64,000 bases of DNA. Source: Harriotta raleighana. Its lineage: Eukaryota. The notes under the pieces were generated by a model. That model searched no databases. It was given only the letters and a program-made list of their open reading frames with translations, and was not told the DNA's origin. Shown here one piece after another: positions 12,810 to 28,759 of the stretch. The position numbers and the translations under genes were made by a program. The stretch covers positions 626,792 to 690,791 of the forward strand of contig JBNZDD010013633.1 of assembly GCA_050575255.1 (NCBI GenBank), in the 5' to 3' direction. Position 1 is the first letter of the stretch; each line of letters begins with the position of its first letter.

Positions 12810-13765
12810 CTACCGCTCCGCCCTTGCCTCCGCGTAGTGCTCCTTCTACTCCCAAGTTAATCAAGGATAACCCCAGGCTTCTCTTCATCAAAAATCATCT
12901 CCTCCATCGACCTTCCCAAGCCTCACCCATCCTCTCCTCCAACTTCAACTGCAAGGAGATGCTGTATTTACTCGAATCTAAAATTGAGGGGATCCATTCA
13001 ACAACCTCTACCTTGTCTACCACTAACCACCCCCATTACTTGACCCCCAGCATCTACCCATCCTCCATCCCACATCTTTGATCCTTTATTTCCCTGTGCC
13101 CTCTGCTTTCATCCAGAAAATTAAACCCATTACCTGCTCCCTCGACCCCATTCCCACCTCTCATCTCCCACCTCACTCCTCGCCTTCCCTTCTGACCAAC
13201 AAAATCAACCTCTTCCTACCCACTGGTACTTTTCCCACCTCTCTTAAAACAGCTGTCATCACTCCCATTGTGAATAAACATTCCCAAGTCCCATCCCTAC
13301 TCTCTTACTGCCCCATTTCCAACCTCCCATTACTCTCTGAGGCCCTGGAATGAGTTGTTGCATCCCAGCTTCACTCTTTTCTCTTGCCATTCCTTCTTCG
13401 AACCCCTACAATCCTGTTTCTGTGGTGCCCTTAGCACAGAGACAACACTGATCAAAGTCACTTATGACACTTCAAACATCACTCTGTCTCCTTGTCTTCC
13501 TCGATCTCTGCATTCAACACTGTTGACCACTCCATCCTCCTACACCGTCTTTCCTCCCAGCTCAATCTTCATGGACCTGTCCTCATCTGGTTCGACTTCT
13601 ACCTTTCACATCATCTTCACTTTGTTTCTACCAATGGCTTGTCCTCCAGCCTCCACACTATCACCTGCAGCAACCCCAAGGCTCTGTCCTTGCCCCTCTA
13701 CTTTTCCGTATTTACATGCTCCCTCTTGGTGACATAATCTGCAGACATGCAGGTCAACTTTCACA
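12810..13765 (+). mobile_element. Degraded L2 LINE fragment
   Basis: Peptides CSLDPIPT, LKTAVITP, PISNLP, STETTLIKV and AFNTVDHSILLHRL spread across shifted frames. Confidence 0.75.
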
Positions 13766-13767
13766 TA

Positions 13768-14200
13768 CAGTAAAAGTCCATTTATCCATGACTCAATGAA
13801 CCGGAAAACCCGTTGAACCGGTACCTCAAAAAAAAAAAATCCCAATTCGATAGACTGCAAGTTATCCGGCAGAATAGTGATGACGCATTTAATGAAGCGA
13901 TTGTCGCACGCGATTACTATGTAGATATTTCAACTGGCCGCTAGTCGAGCCTAAAGTCGCACTACAGCCTTTTTTTAAAAAGTCGCGCTGCCGTTTTGTT
14001 TTCCTCCTTGGAGGCCGCCATTGCAGAAGTTAAGTATAAATAATAAAGTACTAATACAATATTCTATTGGAGTATCTGTTATTAGTGTATTTAGTCTATT
14101 ATGTATATAGTATTGTTCAACATTTACAATAATCTAGCCATGCAATATTCTGTTAATACAGTATCTGTTATTACTGTATTTACTCTATTATTTATATGGT
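13768..14200. mobile_element. Left part of Tigger-like MITE, truncated at a foldback hairpin
   Basis: Begins TA-CAGTAAAAGTCCATTTATCCATGACTCAATGAACCGG, homologous to 28760 and 63881. Confidence 0.65.
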
Positions 14201-16620
14201 GTACACTGTACCATATAAATAATAGAGTAAATACAGTCATAACAGATACCAAATTGCCCCCCGGGGTATTGTAATATTGTATTGTATTGTAATATTCCGC
14301 AATTCTATACTCATTGTGTGAAGTACTTTGAGCTGCTTACATTTTGAAGATGCTGTATTAAGTACTATTTATTATATTTGTAACAAAAGTGCAGATAAAC
14401 GGCTTTTCTGGTAATGGGTAAGTATACAATGTTTAGTGTCAAATTAGGCTACAATTAGATTGTTAATTTGAAGAAAAAACTTGCTGATAATCTGGTGAGT
14501 GGTACCACCAGTGCAGGACACTACCATCAGGAATGTTCCATATTCACGTCAGCTAATCTTAGTTGAGGTGCTACTATTCACCCTAGCACCTAAACTACAC
14601 ATCAATTGGGAATAGTCTTCAGAGGCAGATGTTTCTACTCCGCAGAAGATCCATTAAAAATATATTCATTGATGTATGTTGGAGACTTTCAAAGCATTGA
14701 TTGTACTGGAGGAATAAAACTATGAACCTTTTGTTGATACTGTGCTAACATGCTTTGACTTCTAGTTGCTGTCTGGTTTCTGCTTGCAGACCGCATTGCC
14801 AGAAGAATAGTTTGAATTTCTTCCCGTACAACCTTGTTCAACCAAGGAACTGTGTAAACAGAATTTATGAATTCTCCTGAATTGTACAGTCTTACTTGTC
14901 TGGGGATATTGTTGATCAGTTGGAAAATTGAGAGGGAAATACTTAAAAAGTGCTTTTTAAAAAAAAAAATATTGAGTCCTTTTGAGACCGATAGCCACGA
15001 ATGAAGCTCAAGAATGAAGGTCGTGGTTGGTGCATTAAATCATTGAACATTTGTTGATTTTACAGTACTCAGAAATTGAAGAAAGTAGCACCACCTTAAA
15101 AATGTTTAAACTACTAGTTTGTCGAGTTTTAGTCAGTTGTCATCCATGAAAATGTTGCAGATACTTCTTGCTTTGAAAGTCAAATGTGATCTTACACACT
15201 TAAATAAATCAAAATGTATGTGCACAATACATTGTGGGGGCTAGAGGAAAAGCCATTTGTGCTGCTTAGATTTTGGAGGTGAAATGGAGACCGTGTGAGA
15301 AGTAGGATCTGAACTGCTCGAGAACAGAACACTTAAGGCTAAGGTGAAAGGAGAGGCAATGGAGGAGGATAGAGTGGTCAAGGATATCAAAGGCCACAGA
15401 GAGGTCAAAGAAGACGATGATTGCAGAAGCACTGGTCACAATGTTCTCAGTGATTACAATTCAGGTTTACAGAAAAACATCAGTTGAACAGAGATATTGC
15501 CAATTTAATATTTGGCAGAATTGTTGCTATTGGGTCATTACATCTTTAATTTAGAATTAAAGCACCATTCCTATTGTGGTATCCTCCATAATAGTTACTG
15601 TTTTTTTATGCAAGTTTGTATGTAATAAACTACATCAGTGATCTTGCCATCTGGAGTCATAATAGTGTGATGGGCAATCTATGTGCATAAATTTAAATTT
15701 ATGGACCTGTCACTTCAGGAACTTAGTACATTAAACATTTAATAAAGCTTTCCTGACATGGAAATATTACATCCTCAAACTATTTTATTTTTATATGCAC
15801 CTTTATTAAAAATACATTCCTGGTGCTAAAACTATCAGTAAGGCGGATCAGGGAACAACAATCATTGTGATGATGTTTACGAACTTGAAAGTAGTGTCGT
15901 GTTTTAAACCAGCCATTTTCATTCCAAAGCTAATAGGATTTGAAATAAATTTAGAGTGCTGAACTGTGAAACTTTGGTATGACCATGTGTATTGCTGCAT
16001 CTAATGATGGCTGATGTTCTGCACGTACTTGTCACCTACTTCTTTAACCAAGGATTGGTAACCAAATGGTATATTTGTGTTGGCATTTCCCAATGGGAAT
16101 GTTTTTTTTAAAATCCAGTGAAACGCAGAAAAATACTCTTTACTGAAACTATGAAAATAAAGCTGTGCATTGGATGGCACTCACATTGCATATTCAAAAT
16201 TGATGTGTATTTGTTATTACAGATCCATTCCTGCCACAATAAATTACGATTGGTTCAGTCATTTTCTATAGAACATTTTTTCGAAAGTTGCTTGGGCATG
16301 TCTTTTGAGTGCAAGATCCATTTTTGCATTGTTGGTTTAGTGTTAAAGTGTGAGACTTTTGTTTTTCTCTTTCATTATATCGATAATGAACCTTGCATTT
16401 GATATAGCTGAATCTTTGTGATGTTCACAACTAAGTGTTTTGATTTCCACAATCGAAAGTTGTGTTTGTATACCAGTAATTCTATTTTGAGCAGTTAGTA
16501 AGACTGATTCCATGAATGGTTTGACTGTGTTAGATTCTTGAGCATTGGTCAGCCTAGGTATTGGGTTACTACAGCTTTTGCACTTGTACTTTTATTGCAA
16601 TTTTTTTCAGATTTATCAAG

Positions 16621-16702
16621 ATGGATTTTGGAAAACTTCCCAAATTACAAGATGAAGAAAATGAAAACATGGTTGGATATGTTCATGGTGTTTCTGGTCC
16701 TG
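16621..16702 (+). CDS. ATP6V1A: V-ATPase catalytic subunit A, coding exon 1 (exon starts 16611)
   Basis: [27 protein letters not shown]; acceptor TTTTTTTCAG, donor GTGAGT. Confidence 0.97.
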
Positions 16703-17054
16703 GTGAGTAATTCGTATGAGAACCTAATGAAATGGCAATATTATATTGAAATTGATTGATTTCAAACAAATGGAAAATATTTGCCCCCCTTTTGTTTATC
16801 ACAGGCTTTCACATTCCCAACTGAATTCTGCTGAAGTGTAATGCCCTCCCTCCCAGAGATTGGGAGAAACCTAAATTGGAGGTTGAGCATTCTGAAACTG
16901 TACCACCATCGGCTGTTATTCCCTCATCCTACTCCTCGGCCTCCCCCTCTCTTTTTAAAACCTGCCTTATAACCTATCTCTTTGAATGGTCTTACAGTCA
17001 CCTCCCCACCTAGTCTTCAAAACCATCTCTCTAAAGTGATGTTACTTTCCATGA

Positions 17055-17582
<528 letters not shown>

Positions 17583-18555
17583 TAGGTGTTTGCTCTGAGA
17601 TGGGAAAACTGGTTAGTTTCCTTCATCTTTAAAATCTAATGTTGCTGATTCTATTTCTGATCAGTGGATTCTACAATACAGATTATTTTGCACTGAACTA
17701 TTGTCTAAACAAACTTGTGTTTAATTGCTCACAGGGTGATAGTTTCTTTAGTGTTCATTATGTGAGCGAAGATTAAAATAATCTGCCTGTATTTAAATGA
17801 TAAGACTATTTACTTCAAATATGTTCCTTCTACAGACTTATACAATCTACTCTTATCTTGGACTTTGCCCAACCCAATGACTCTGATGAAATTTTGTTTT
17901 TTCCCTATTCTTACACTTTCTTCCTCTTACTACCTCCCCTCACATAATATTGAGGAACTCCAGGCTCCCACCATACATTCTTGTTGGCCTTATTAAAGAC
18001 AGAATGTATATCTGTTTTATTGAGATAATATTGTTTAGTGATTAGTTTTGATTTTCCTCTCCTGCCTTTCCTGTGGTTGGATGGACAACAATGTGCCTCT
18101 GCTACTTGTCCAAGTTACCGTGGTTCAAGCAGTTTGGCTATGGTGGCCTTCAGCAGCTTAATATGATACTGTTCACTTAAAATCCACATACCCACCTCAA
18201 CAGTGGTCTACACTTGATAGTTATCAGGCAGGAGCTCAGGCTGATTAAGCTATTTTTCTACATACTTTTTAAAAAAATAGTGATTAGACCAATAATTTGG
18301 ATTGTGGTAGTCATCCTCTTGTACTTCACCCAAGAGGTTATTCATGTCTGAACCTTCATTGGATGTAACAGTGGCTCGTTTGACAGTTTATTTTCTTGAA
18401 CTTATAGTTGAGAATGGGAACTTTGGCTTCCTGATCTTGCATTCCCTTTCTCGTCCAATCCCTCTGTATGTGACAGATGCTGATGCCACCCCTAGCAAGC
18501 AACATCTTTGTTTTATGACATTAAAATCTAATATTTTCCTGAGCTGTTCTGATAG

Positions 18556-18770
18556 CTGGAGTATCCGTTGGAGATCCTGTGCTTCGCACAGGGAAACCTC
18601 TTTCTGTGGAATTGGGGCCTGGCATCATGGGAGCAATCTTTGATGGCATCCAGCGACCTCTGAAGGACATTAATGACCTGACTCGCAGTATTTATATCCC
18701 TCGTGGTGTGAATGTAAATGCTCTGAGTAAAGATATCAAGTGGGATTTTACTCCATCCAAGAATATGCGG
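18556..18770 (+). CDS. ATP6V1A: ATP6V1A coding exon 3
   Basis: [36 protein letters not shown]...SKNMR; frame consistent. Confidence 0.97.
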
Positions 18771-19879
18771 GTAAGAGCTTTCAGTAAAAATTTAATTTAA
18801 GATTTTCCTTGGAGGAATACCTATTTAATTAAAGTTAAATTGACTTTTGGAGATTACAATCATAGGTGTATCAAGTGACTATTCTCGTGCCCTAATCAGC
18901 TGTTGTTCTTTGATATATTTCCAAGAACTGTAATGCAAAGCTGCTCCATTGCCCCTCCTATGTTTTAAAGCCTTCAACACATGCTAGGATATAGTTCCAC
19001 ACTCTTAAGAAAAATGTAATAGTGTAACAATCTTGTAACTAGTTTGAAAAGAGTACCATCAGGCCAAGCCATATCCGTAAGGAAAAATGTCTGTACCTGG
19101 AATGTTGAGTGAACTCTCCCTTGATAGATGCACCCTAATTGCCTGCTTCTTTCTGGAATTCAATATTAGTTTGCAAGAACAGGGCTTAGGGACCCTAGTT
19201 TTGGAATTAAAACTACATAACTTGACATTGTGTACACTAGCTGACAGAACATCACTCTTGTTTAGCTAGGACTACCCTTACGCATCAGGGCTATACCTGG
19301 CTGGGGTTAACAGGAACTGAGTAGGAAGAATCTCTGCCACCAATGATCTACTCAAGACTTGCTAATGAGGAAGGCTGGCTAGACTAACACAGATGGCTTC
19401 ATTCCAATGTTTTGTTGCAAAGCATGTCTCTTTATCTCTCTCATATCTCTCCATGGAGATCCCTCTTACTTGAAGAAAGATTCCTTTCTTCATCCCCCGT
19501 CTCCCACGGATGATAGCAAAGTTCCAGCAACTGGTGTTGAGGTTAAATGGGTTTATAAGATCACAACATAGTTTGGATGAAGAAGTTTCTTCAGCCCAAT
19601 TAATCTCATCTTTCAAAAATGTCCACCCGACCAATCTCCCATCATCTCATTAGGCTTTTCTTAAAAAGAATCCAGTTTTATGGTCTCACTCACCTATCCT
19701 GGCAACCTAATTCCAGTTGTAAATTACCCTCTGGGTGAAGAACAATTAAAATCATTATAACTTTGAAACAGTTCAATAATCTAAAACAAATTAAGTTTCT
19801 GTTGATGAGACAGATGTATGCAACTAGTTCAGAGAGGTTTGATAGATTGTACTAACCTCTAATTTGGTATTTTATTAAG

Positions 19880-20017
19880 GTTGGCAGCCATGTCACTGGT
19901 GGAGATATATATGGTGGTGTGATTGAGAATTCTCTTATTAAGCATAAGATTATGCTTCCTCCAAAAAACCGAGGAACGGTTACATACATTGCCCCACCAG
20001 GAAACTACGATGTCTCC
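19880..20017 (+). CDS. ATP6V1A: ATP6V1A coding exon 4
   Basis: [28 protein letters not shown]...GNYDVS; AG/GTAAGT boundaries. Confidence 0.97.
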
Positions 20018-20575
20018 GTAAGTATTTAAGATTCCATTTTGTAGACTTGAATAAATGTATTCCTTGTTTAACATTACTGTATAACTGTGAACTCAACCAA
20101 GTAAGTTCCTCACCTAGAACCTACAGATTGCACAGGTGCACTAAGCACATAAAGTGACTTCAGCTACAACATGTTGGTAGTTTTTTTTCCACAGGAAGAA
20201 ATTCCATTATTCCATCCGGCAAAAGATCAAACTCCTGGGATTTTGGTTTTCGGGGTTGCTGCTGTCTAGTTGGCATTCATTTCCTCTCTTGGAATATCCT
20301 GTTTACAGGAGAGCCTGATTGATCCGACTATGAGAATGAATGGGAGAGTATCATTGTTGTCGTTGATCTCTATTTTCCCAGGATATTCCCAGAATTCTCT
20401 CTCCCATCAAATATTATTGTCAGCGGGCTGCACCTCATCCCCAGGATGCTGCTTAAAATACTGAAAAATCTGACTTAAATGTCTGCCTGGACCCAGAGCT
20501 GTTCCATCTAATGGGCCTGCGCACACCCTGATCCATAAAGTTCAAATCAATTGGTCAACAGTAATCACTCTAGAC

Positions 20576-20824
20576 CATTGATTTTCAAACTGTGGGGCAC
20601 ACCTCCCCTGGGGGCCGCGAATCATTGGCTGGGGGGGTGTGGAGCTTTGGAGTCTCAAGGACCTCGAGTACGTGTGGAGCTGAGGACCTGAGTGGAGCCG
20701 AGGCGGAGCTGAGGACCCGAGTATGTGGAGCCGAGGACCCGACTGTGAAGGGGGCGGGGTGGGGCCGCAATGAAAACGTTGCTGAGTTAGGGGGACGTCA
20801 CTATTCCAAGATTGGAAGCCACTG
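20576..20824. mobile_element. hAT (Charlie-like) MITE
   Basis: Imperfect TIRs CATTGATTTTCAAAC / GATTGGAAGCCACTG; 8-bp TSD CTCTAGAC / CTCCAGAC. Confidence 0.75.
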
Positions 20825-21747
20825 CTCCAGACTATGTAAATGTTGTATTTAGAAACAGCATATCAATGGATGCACAAAGATTAATTTCAAGAAAAGTCAT
20901 CGCAGAATTGCAATCTGTTTCACTTAAATTGAGGACCGCAGCATTTTCATAGAACTACCAAGTGAAGATTTGTAAAATGTAACATGCAACATTTAAAATA
21001 TAAATGTTACATTTAATAGATTAAACAGACAACACTTGCAAACATAAGAGTTACAAAGTATTTTCCATAAACAAGTTCGCATGACTACTTTCCATGTTTA
21101 CAATCAAAATAAGAAAGCATTGGCCATTACATTGCCTGTGAAATTTCATGCAGGAGTTGAGTCAAAAAATGTTTTGAGTCAAGTTGAGTCCCAAAAAAGT
21201 CCAATGTGTCAATATTGTACAATAGACATCCAGGAATTTTTTTTTACCAAAAAAATAATTTGAGAAACTGCATTTGTACAGCCTAAAGTGAATTTTCAAG
21301 AGTGAGCTTTGTCTTGGTATGAAATGCCAAAGCCAATGGCACTTTTACTTTGAACTTCCTTCACCCACAAATATACAATCAATTCATTTTACAGTACATT
21401 CTGTGAAGCGCTTTAAGATGTCGATAGCTCTATATCAAATGCAAGGATTATTATTATTGTAGAGTCCTTTAGTTTATTGGTTAGAGGAATTGTCTCGCAA
21501 ACAAGACCTGGATTCGCTTCCCAGGCAGAGCAAAACATTTGACAAGTTTTCTTACTCCCCAAGATTAACATCTCTGCTAGTGTCGCTTCACCTGCAGCTC
21601 AGCCTCTCGGGCGATATTGTCAAGCCTTTGAAACATCCTTCCCAATAGGCACTATGCAATTGTAAATACATTGATGCAATTATTGGGGTGTGTTTAAATC
21701 GTAACCCTTTCACAAGAATAATAAATACACATTAGTTTGCTAATTAG

Positions 21748-21933
<186 letters not shown>

Positions 21934-22417
21934 TAAGTTTTAACCTAGTACATCTTGAATTTAATATGTGGGATGGAAATGTGGTTGGCATTTTTAATGT
22001 GCTACAGAACGATTGACAGGAAGGTGCAAAATGTAGCAACAGCTGTATTCTTTTAAATTAGCCAAGTGTGGGTGATCCTGCACTATTCTATCAGGAGCGC
22101 TTTCTCCTCAATGGCATTGACATTGAGAAGATTCTGGACCACAGATGCAATGATCTCACAAGAGGTCGACCAAATTAATATTTTATAAATTCCTTCGATA
22201 AATACCTTATTTTTGGAATACTACAGAAGCAGTAGAGGAATGACTGGGAAAGCACTTCCATTGACGCTTTACGATGGCTCCCTGTCAGAGGAGCTGCACA
22301 GTTAGAAGTATATAGCAGAGAGCTTGCGGGGTCTGGTGGACTGCAAGAGGTAGAAAAGCAAGTCTTGCAGTACTTAACCTCTGCTGAACTCAGTTCAATG
22401 TATTAGAACTGTAAAAA

Positions 22418-23010
22418 CAATAATAATAATTGTTGCGTTTGATATAACGCTTTTCACTTCTAGGCATCTTAAAGCGCTTCACAGAATATACTCTAAAGTG
22501 AATTGACATACTATATATATATGTGGGTGAAACATGGCGGCCAGTTGTGCACAGCAGTGTCCTGCACACAGTTGTGCATTGAAACGATCAATTTACTGTT
22601 TTTTTTTAGGGTTTATTATTAGGTGTGTGAGTAAGGAAACTTGCCCAAGGTTTCGCTCTGCCTGGAATTGAACCCAGGTCTCTTGCTTGCAAGGCGAGTG
22701 CTCTAACCACAGGGCTACACTGTTCAGTGAAATCTAGGTCCATTTCCCGGCAGGTTGAAACCTTGAGCAAGTTTTCTTACTCCACACGTCAAATAACAAT
22801 CCCGCAAAAAAAGAAAATAATAATAATAAATTGGTCATTTAAATCCACGCCTGATTGTGTGACACTGCTGTGCGCAATTGGTTGCTGTGTTTCACCCGCA
22901 TATATACAGTCAATTCACTTTACAGTATATTCTGTGAATACTTTGAGACGTCTAGAATATGTGAAAAATGCTACATCAAATACAAGGATTACTATTTTTA
23001 TTTATTATTT
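22418..23010. mobile_element. Two SINE copies head-to-head (22418-22720 minus; ~22730-23010 plus)
   Basis: Same SINE body in opposite orientations, (ATT)n tails pointing outward. Confidence 0.8.
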
Positions 23011-23373
23011 TTTCCAACAGAGGTACGTAACAGCTACTACACTTGTTTGTAGGATATTGCAGGTGTGAGTTAGGTGCTGCATTTATCTATATGACATCCA
23101 CTTTCTAAATAGTCTTACTTTGGAAAGTTCTTTGGATATGCTAATTATTCATGAAAGGCACTATATAAGTGTAAGTTGTTCTTGTTAATGATTATTTGTA
23201 CCAGAAATCACTTGGACACAATGTGACATTAGAATGAAAGCACTTAACAGGATTTATTGTGAAGTCTTGTAACTATTTGTTGACAATGGGGAAAAGAATG
23301 CACTCATTTTTCTACTTTGTGGTTTGGGCAGTCGTATCGTAGTGGATTCATTGTTTTGTTCCTGTGTCTTAAG

Positions 23374-23536
23374 GTGTGTGCAAGGTGGAACCACAGCTAT
23401 TCCAGGGGCATTCGGCTGTGGAAAAACAGTTATTTCACAGTCTCTCTCAAAGTATTCCAACAGTGACGTTATTATCTATGTTGGATGTGGAGAGCGTGGG
23501 AATGAGATGTCTGAAGTACTGAGAGACTTTCCAGAG
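23374..23536 (+). CDS. ATP6V1A: ATP6V1A coding exon 6 (Walker A / P-loop)
   Basis: [54 protein letters not shown]. Confidence 0.98.
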
Positions 23537-24082
23537 GTTAGTTTAATTGTATTATCAGAGAATATCAATATAACTTGTTAAAGTGGGATTTGTGTTTTGT
23601 CAATTCATTATTTGTATTTTTCTGACCGATACAAATTGGATGTAAACAGATTCAAAAGGTTATTGCCAATAGGCCATGCTGAAGTATCTTTTTGAAGAGA
23701 ATTTGCTAAAATGTTTTAGCTTAATTCTTATGTGAAAACTCATCTGGGTTCACTTACTTTTCTGGTGGATAAAGCATCATGTTTTCAAGAATTATGATAT
23801 TCCAATTTGTCTTCCCTCGCGGTGCTCATCTAAATTAATTGACTGCTCATCTCATTGTCATGAGATGTTGGTGATGCAGATTAGCTAGTGTTTGTTAATG
23901 TAACGTTCACTTCATTTCTAATCAGTTTAATATTCAATTGAAATTTATTGGATATCAATTGGGGTATATGGACAGAATCCTCATATCATTGGAAAGGAGT
24001 CTTGCCATTGGCTTGCATTTTTGCTTTGCATCATGCTATATTGAGAATAATGTTATCCCTCCTTTCTCCTGCTTTCTTATAG

Positions 24083-24253
<171 letters not shown>

Positions 24254-24799
24254 TAGGATATTGATGGCTATGAAAAATTACTGAGGTTATTTTGAAAAAA
24301 CAGAAAAGATTCTTGTCAGCTCCTTGTAGCTTTTAATGCAGATTTTGTTCAGTGGAAATTCTACACTATTTTGGATAAGTTGCCTGAGTCCCTTTGCTCT
24401 TCAATAAATGTTCTTAATCATTTAAGTGTTGTTACAAAGTAATGTATTTACATTCAGAGCCTTGTCTGGATCTATCAGTGTCCAGGGAGAGGTAACAATC
24501 TAGAATTCCTTATATTTGAGTGGTTAACTGGGACATATTGAGGTAAAATGATTTGCTCACCTTTGTTTTTGAAATGTAATTTTCTCAAATTACTTTATAG
24601 TTTTTAAAATAAAGTGTATGTAAAAAGTGTGAAAGTGTATTGAATGAGATTTAGTTTGAAGCCGTGTTGTGGCCTATTGCTTAGTCTACAAGCAATTTAA
24701 TCCTAATTTTTGTGGGTAGTCAATTATTTCTGTAATCTTCAATTCATTTTACATCTTACTGCTTGGTATTTAATTGCACAATTTTCATGTTGAAAATGA

Positions 24800-24964
<165 letters not shown>

Positions 24965-25549
24965 TAAGAAACTTTGTACAGATACAGTATACTTTTCACA
25001 TATCTTATCTATCTCTAAGATCTTTATCTAAATGCACAAATAATAGTCCTAATTGTGCATTTTAATGTGTTAATTGTAGCACCTTTTGTATGCTTGGGTT
25101 CATTTTCCATTTGTTCCAGAATTTGGCATTCCTGAAGGCAATTTTAAGAATTTGTAGAAAATGGGCTTCAAATTTAAGGATTACAGCAAAACCAATTTCA
25201 AACAACAAACAAAATTACGGTAATGGCTGAAGACTCACCCGCCAAAGATGGGTTCTTATTACTCGGCTCTTGTTAACACTCCAAACTCAAATAGGTAATG
25301 TCGAGCTATGGAATTTTAGCTAGTTAAATTCCAGCATTTTATGCCTTAGCATATAGTTATGTCTTAGCATTGTCAAATCCTGCCAATCAAATACTTTGTT
25401 TAAGGTATGTATCTAGTTTACAACTAAACAACATTTTAATACAGGTGCAGAATATATTCCTGGAGATGTTCTTAAATATTAACATAAAACCAGCTTACTT
25501 TTGAGTATCTTTGGTTTCGCAGAGATGGTCATTACCGAAATACGTTTGA

Positions 25550-25714
<165 letters not shown>

Positions 25715-25957
25715 TAAGTAATATTCACATGATACATTTAGCAGAAGATATCCCTTCATCTTCATTCAAATGTGAATTAGGTATGAAAGACATTCTGTGG
25801 AGTCTGTTTATAAAGTGTCCTCTGACTCAGAAGATGCCCAATAATATGGACAACCTGCCAAAGGCTTTATAGGGACTAATGTATATTTGGATTCTTTTTA
25901 TCCTAGTGCAAGATTGATATTGTCAAAGCTGTGAAGAGTCATAAGTATCTGATATTG

Positions 25958-26240
25958 TGGAGTCCTGTAGCTCAGTGATTAGAGGCCTCACAAGTGAGAA
26001 ACCTGAGTTTGATTCCCAGCAGGGTGAAACCTTGGGCAAGTTTCCTTACTCCACATGCCTAATAGTAATCCCTCAAGGGAAAAAATAAACAATAATAAAT
26101 TTATCACTTCAATCCACAAATCTTTGTGGTTCACTGCAGTCTGCAACTGACTGCACGTTTCAAATTCTATTCTGTGAAGTTTTTTGAGGTCTAGAAGACG
26201 TGAAAAGCAGTATATCAAATACCCAGGATATTATTATATT
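25958..26240 (+). mobile_element. tRNA-derived SINE
   Basis: GGAGTCCTGTAGCTCAGTG head, shared body, (ATT)n tail. Confidence 0.8.
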
Positions 26241-26718
26241 GTATGGTTGGGAAGGAAGCTTGGTGAAAATGTGAAAGTGCCTTCCGTTAACCATACCCAA
26301 TCCATTCAATTACCTAAGGAAAGGTTCTATGTTTCTGTTTCCAGCTCCCCCGACCTTCAAAGTTCCAGAATATTTATTTCGTTTTTATTTACTTCATTCA
26401 TCCTTGATGGTTAACTCACCTTGTTTGTCCAACCTATGTTTAAGCACTGGGATAGAAATACCTTGTAGATTTACCTTATTAATGTGGTATTTCAGATTCT
26501 GTTGAATTCAATTTTAACTTTCAGGCTTGTTTTCTGTAGTTCTTAAAATACCTCATTGAAAACCAGCTTGAAAACTAAAGATTGAACTTTACAAGTTTTG
26601 ATTTCTTTGAAATGCTATTTTAATAGAGTCAATACAACCCAGGTAGAATTTTACCCCACATGTCAGTTAGTCCAGTTAGCCAATTGCAATCTGAAACAAT
26701 TTTTGAGTTTCTCTTTAA

Positions 26719-26847
<129 letters not shown>

Positions 26848-27319
26848 TGATCTGAAGTCCTTCTGAATAGGTGCTACTTCAAAACTATTGACAATGTGAA
26901 GCATAATTGCCATTTCTAACTTTTGAATGTGAAGTACAGTAAAACCTTGATAACCTTGACATTCTGAAAGCCGGCAACTCCCTAACACCGGCATTTTGGA
27001 GCTTAGCATTTTTGGGCTTTAGTGCTGTGTTTACATCTTATGTGGTACTGTACTTCTAAAATGTCTGGATGATTTGCTAAAGTTGTAATTTGCCAAAATA
27101 ATTTCAGAAAGCAGTTTAAAGAAGAGACCTCTTGTCTAGCAAGAATTGACTGTTTTGTTCACTGTCCATTTCCTTCAATTCAGGTTATTAAAAAAAGCAA
27201 TCTCTGCTTTGGATAACACTTAGCAAAATTCCTCAAACATTTTGCACAATTCATTACTTTGAAGTGTCCAGAAATGTTTGTAGGCATGGCTGATTCAAGA
27301 ACATCCAATAAAATTGTAG

Positions 27320-27577
<258 letters not shown>

Positions 27578-28302
27578 TGATCATTCTTGAGATGTGGGTT
27601 ACACTGGCAGAACTAGCATTTATTAACGACTGTCCAGCACTTTGAGATGTCCTCCTGTCATGAAAAGTGCTATACAAGTGTAATTTTGTAGTTGTTATTA
27701 CTTAGCCCTGGTTCCATGAGAAGTTAGTGCTCTCTAAGATCATTCCTAATTGTTCTTGAAGAGTATTTAAGGTGGAAGAAAAATGAAAGAAAAATGGAGG
27801 AAAAAAAAAGACCTATCTGGTCGATTGAAGTGCTAAATAGCTACAATGGCATAATCTAAGAATACCACTGCCTCATTTTACGCATGGTAACTGAAACAGT
27901 GACATGATTAAAATTGTGAGCTCATTGAATGGGGACCCAGATTCCTGTTCCATCACTCAGTGTTGTAGAATTTGAGTCACCTTCAGGAAATAAATATTTG
28001 TTGGGATTTCATGGAATGTATATCTATGCAACTTTTGCGGTTTCTTTTACCTTAATGTTTCACATTTATTTTGAACTCAATGTAATGACAATCTTCCGCA
28101 GAAAACAGTAAATTATTTTGTGTAACAGGTTTTGTGTACTTGTATGTATTTTAAGAATGGTTTCTTTTGACGGTTACCATAAACATTAAAACAGTATATG
28201 GTATCAGAAATTTAAAAACACAAGTATTCTAAATACAGTGCTAACAAAAGAATGTTTGCTTTCCTTTGAATTTCAATTAGTTAGTTATTAATGCCTTTTT
28301 AA

Positions 28303-28410
<108 letters not shown>

Positions 28411-28759
28411 TAACTTCTTTCCTTGCTTCATTTAAGTTCCAGCAATTTACCAAACACTTCTCTGAACAGATAATAGTGAGTACTGCACAATGGTTTGATA
28501 CAGTATAATTAATTTCCAAGCATCACCTCTGATCTTAGTTAATAATCGAGCAGAAAAATATTGATAGGATAGAAAATTAGTTCTGCATTCCACAATTTGT
28601 CTAACTAGGAGATATTTGTATGGAAAATATCACTCTAGGTTTTTAATTTGCTTCAAAGTTTGAATGGATTTAGCACATTATATTGCACATGTAAATTCAA
28701 CTAATGGATACTAGAAACTGCTTCTATTTGTGGAACTGAGTAACTAATATTACAAATTA

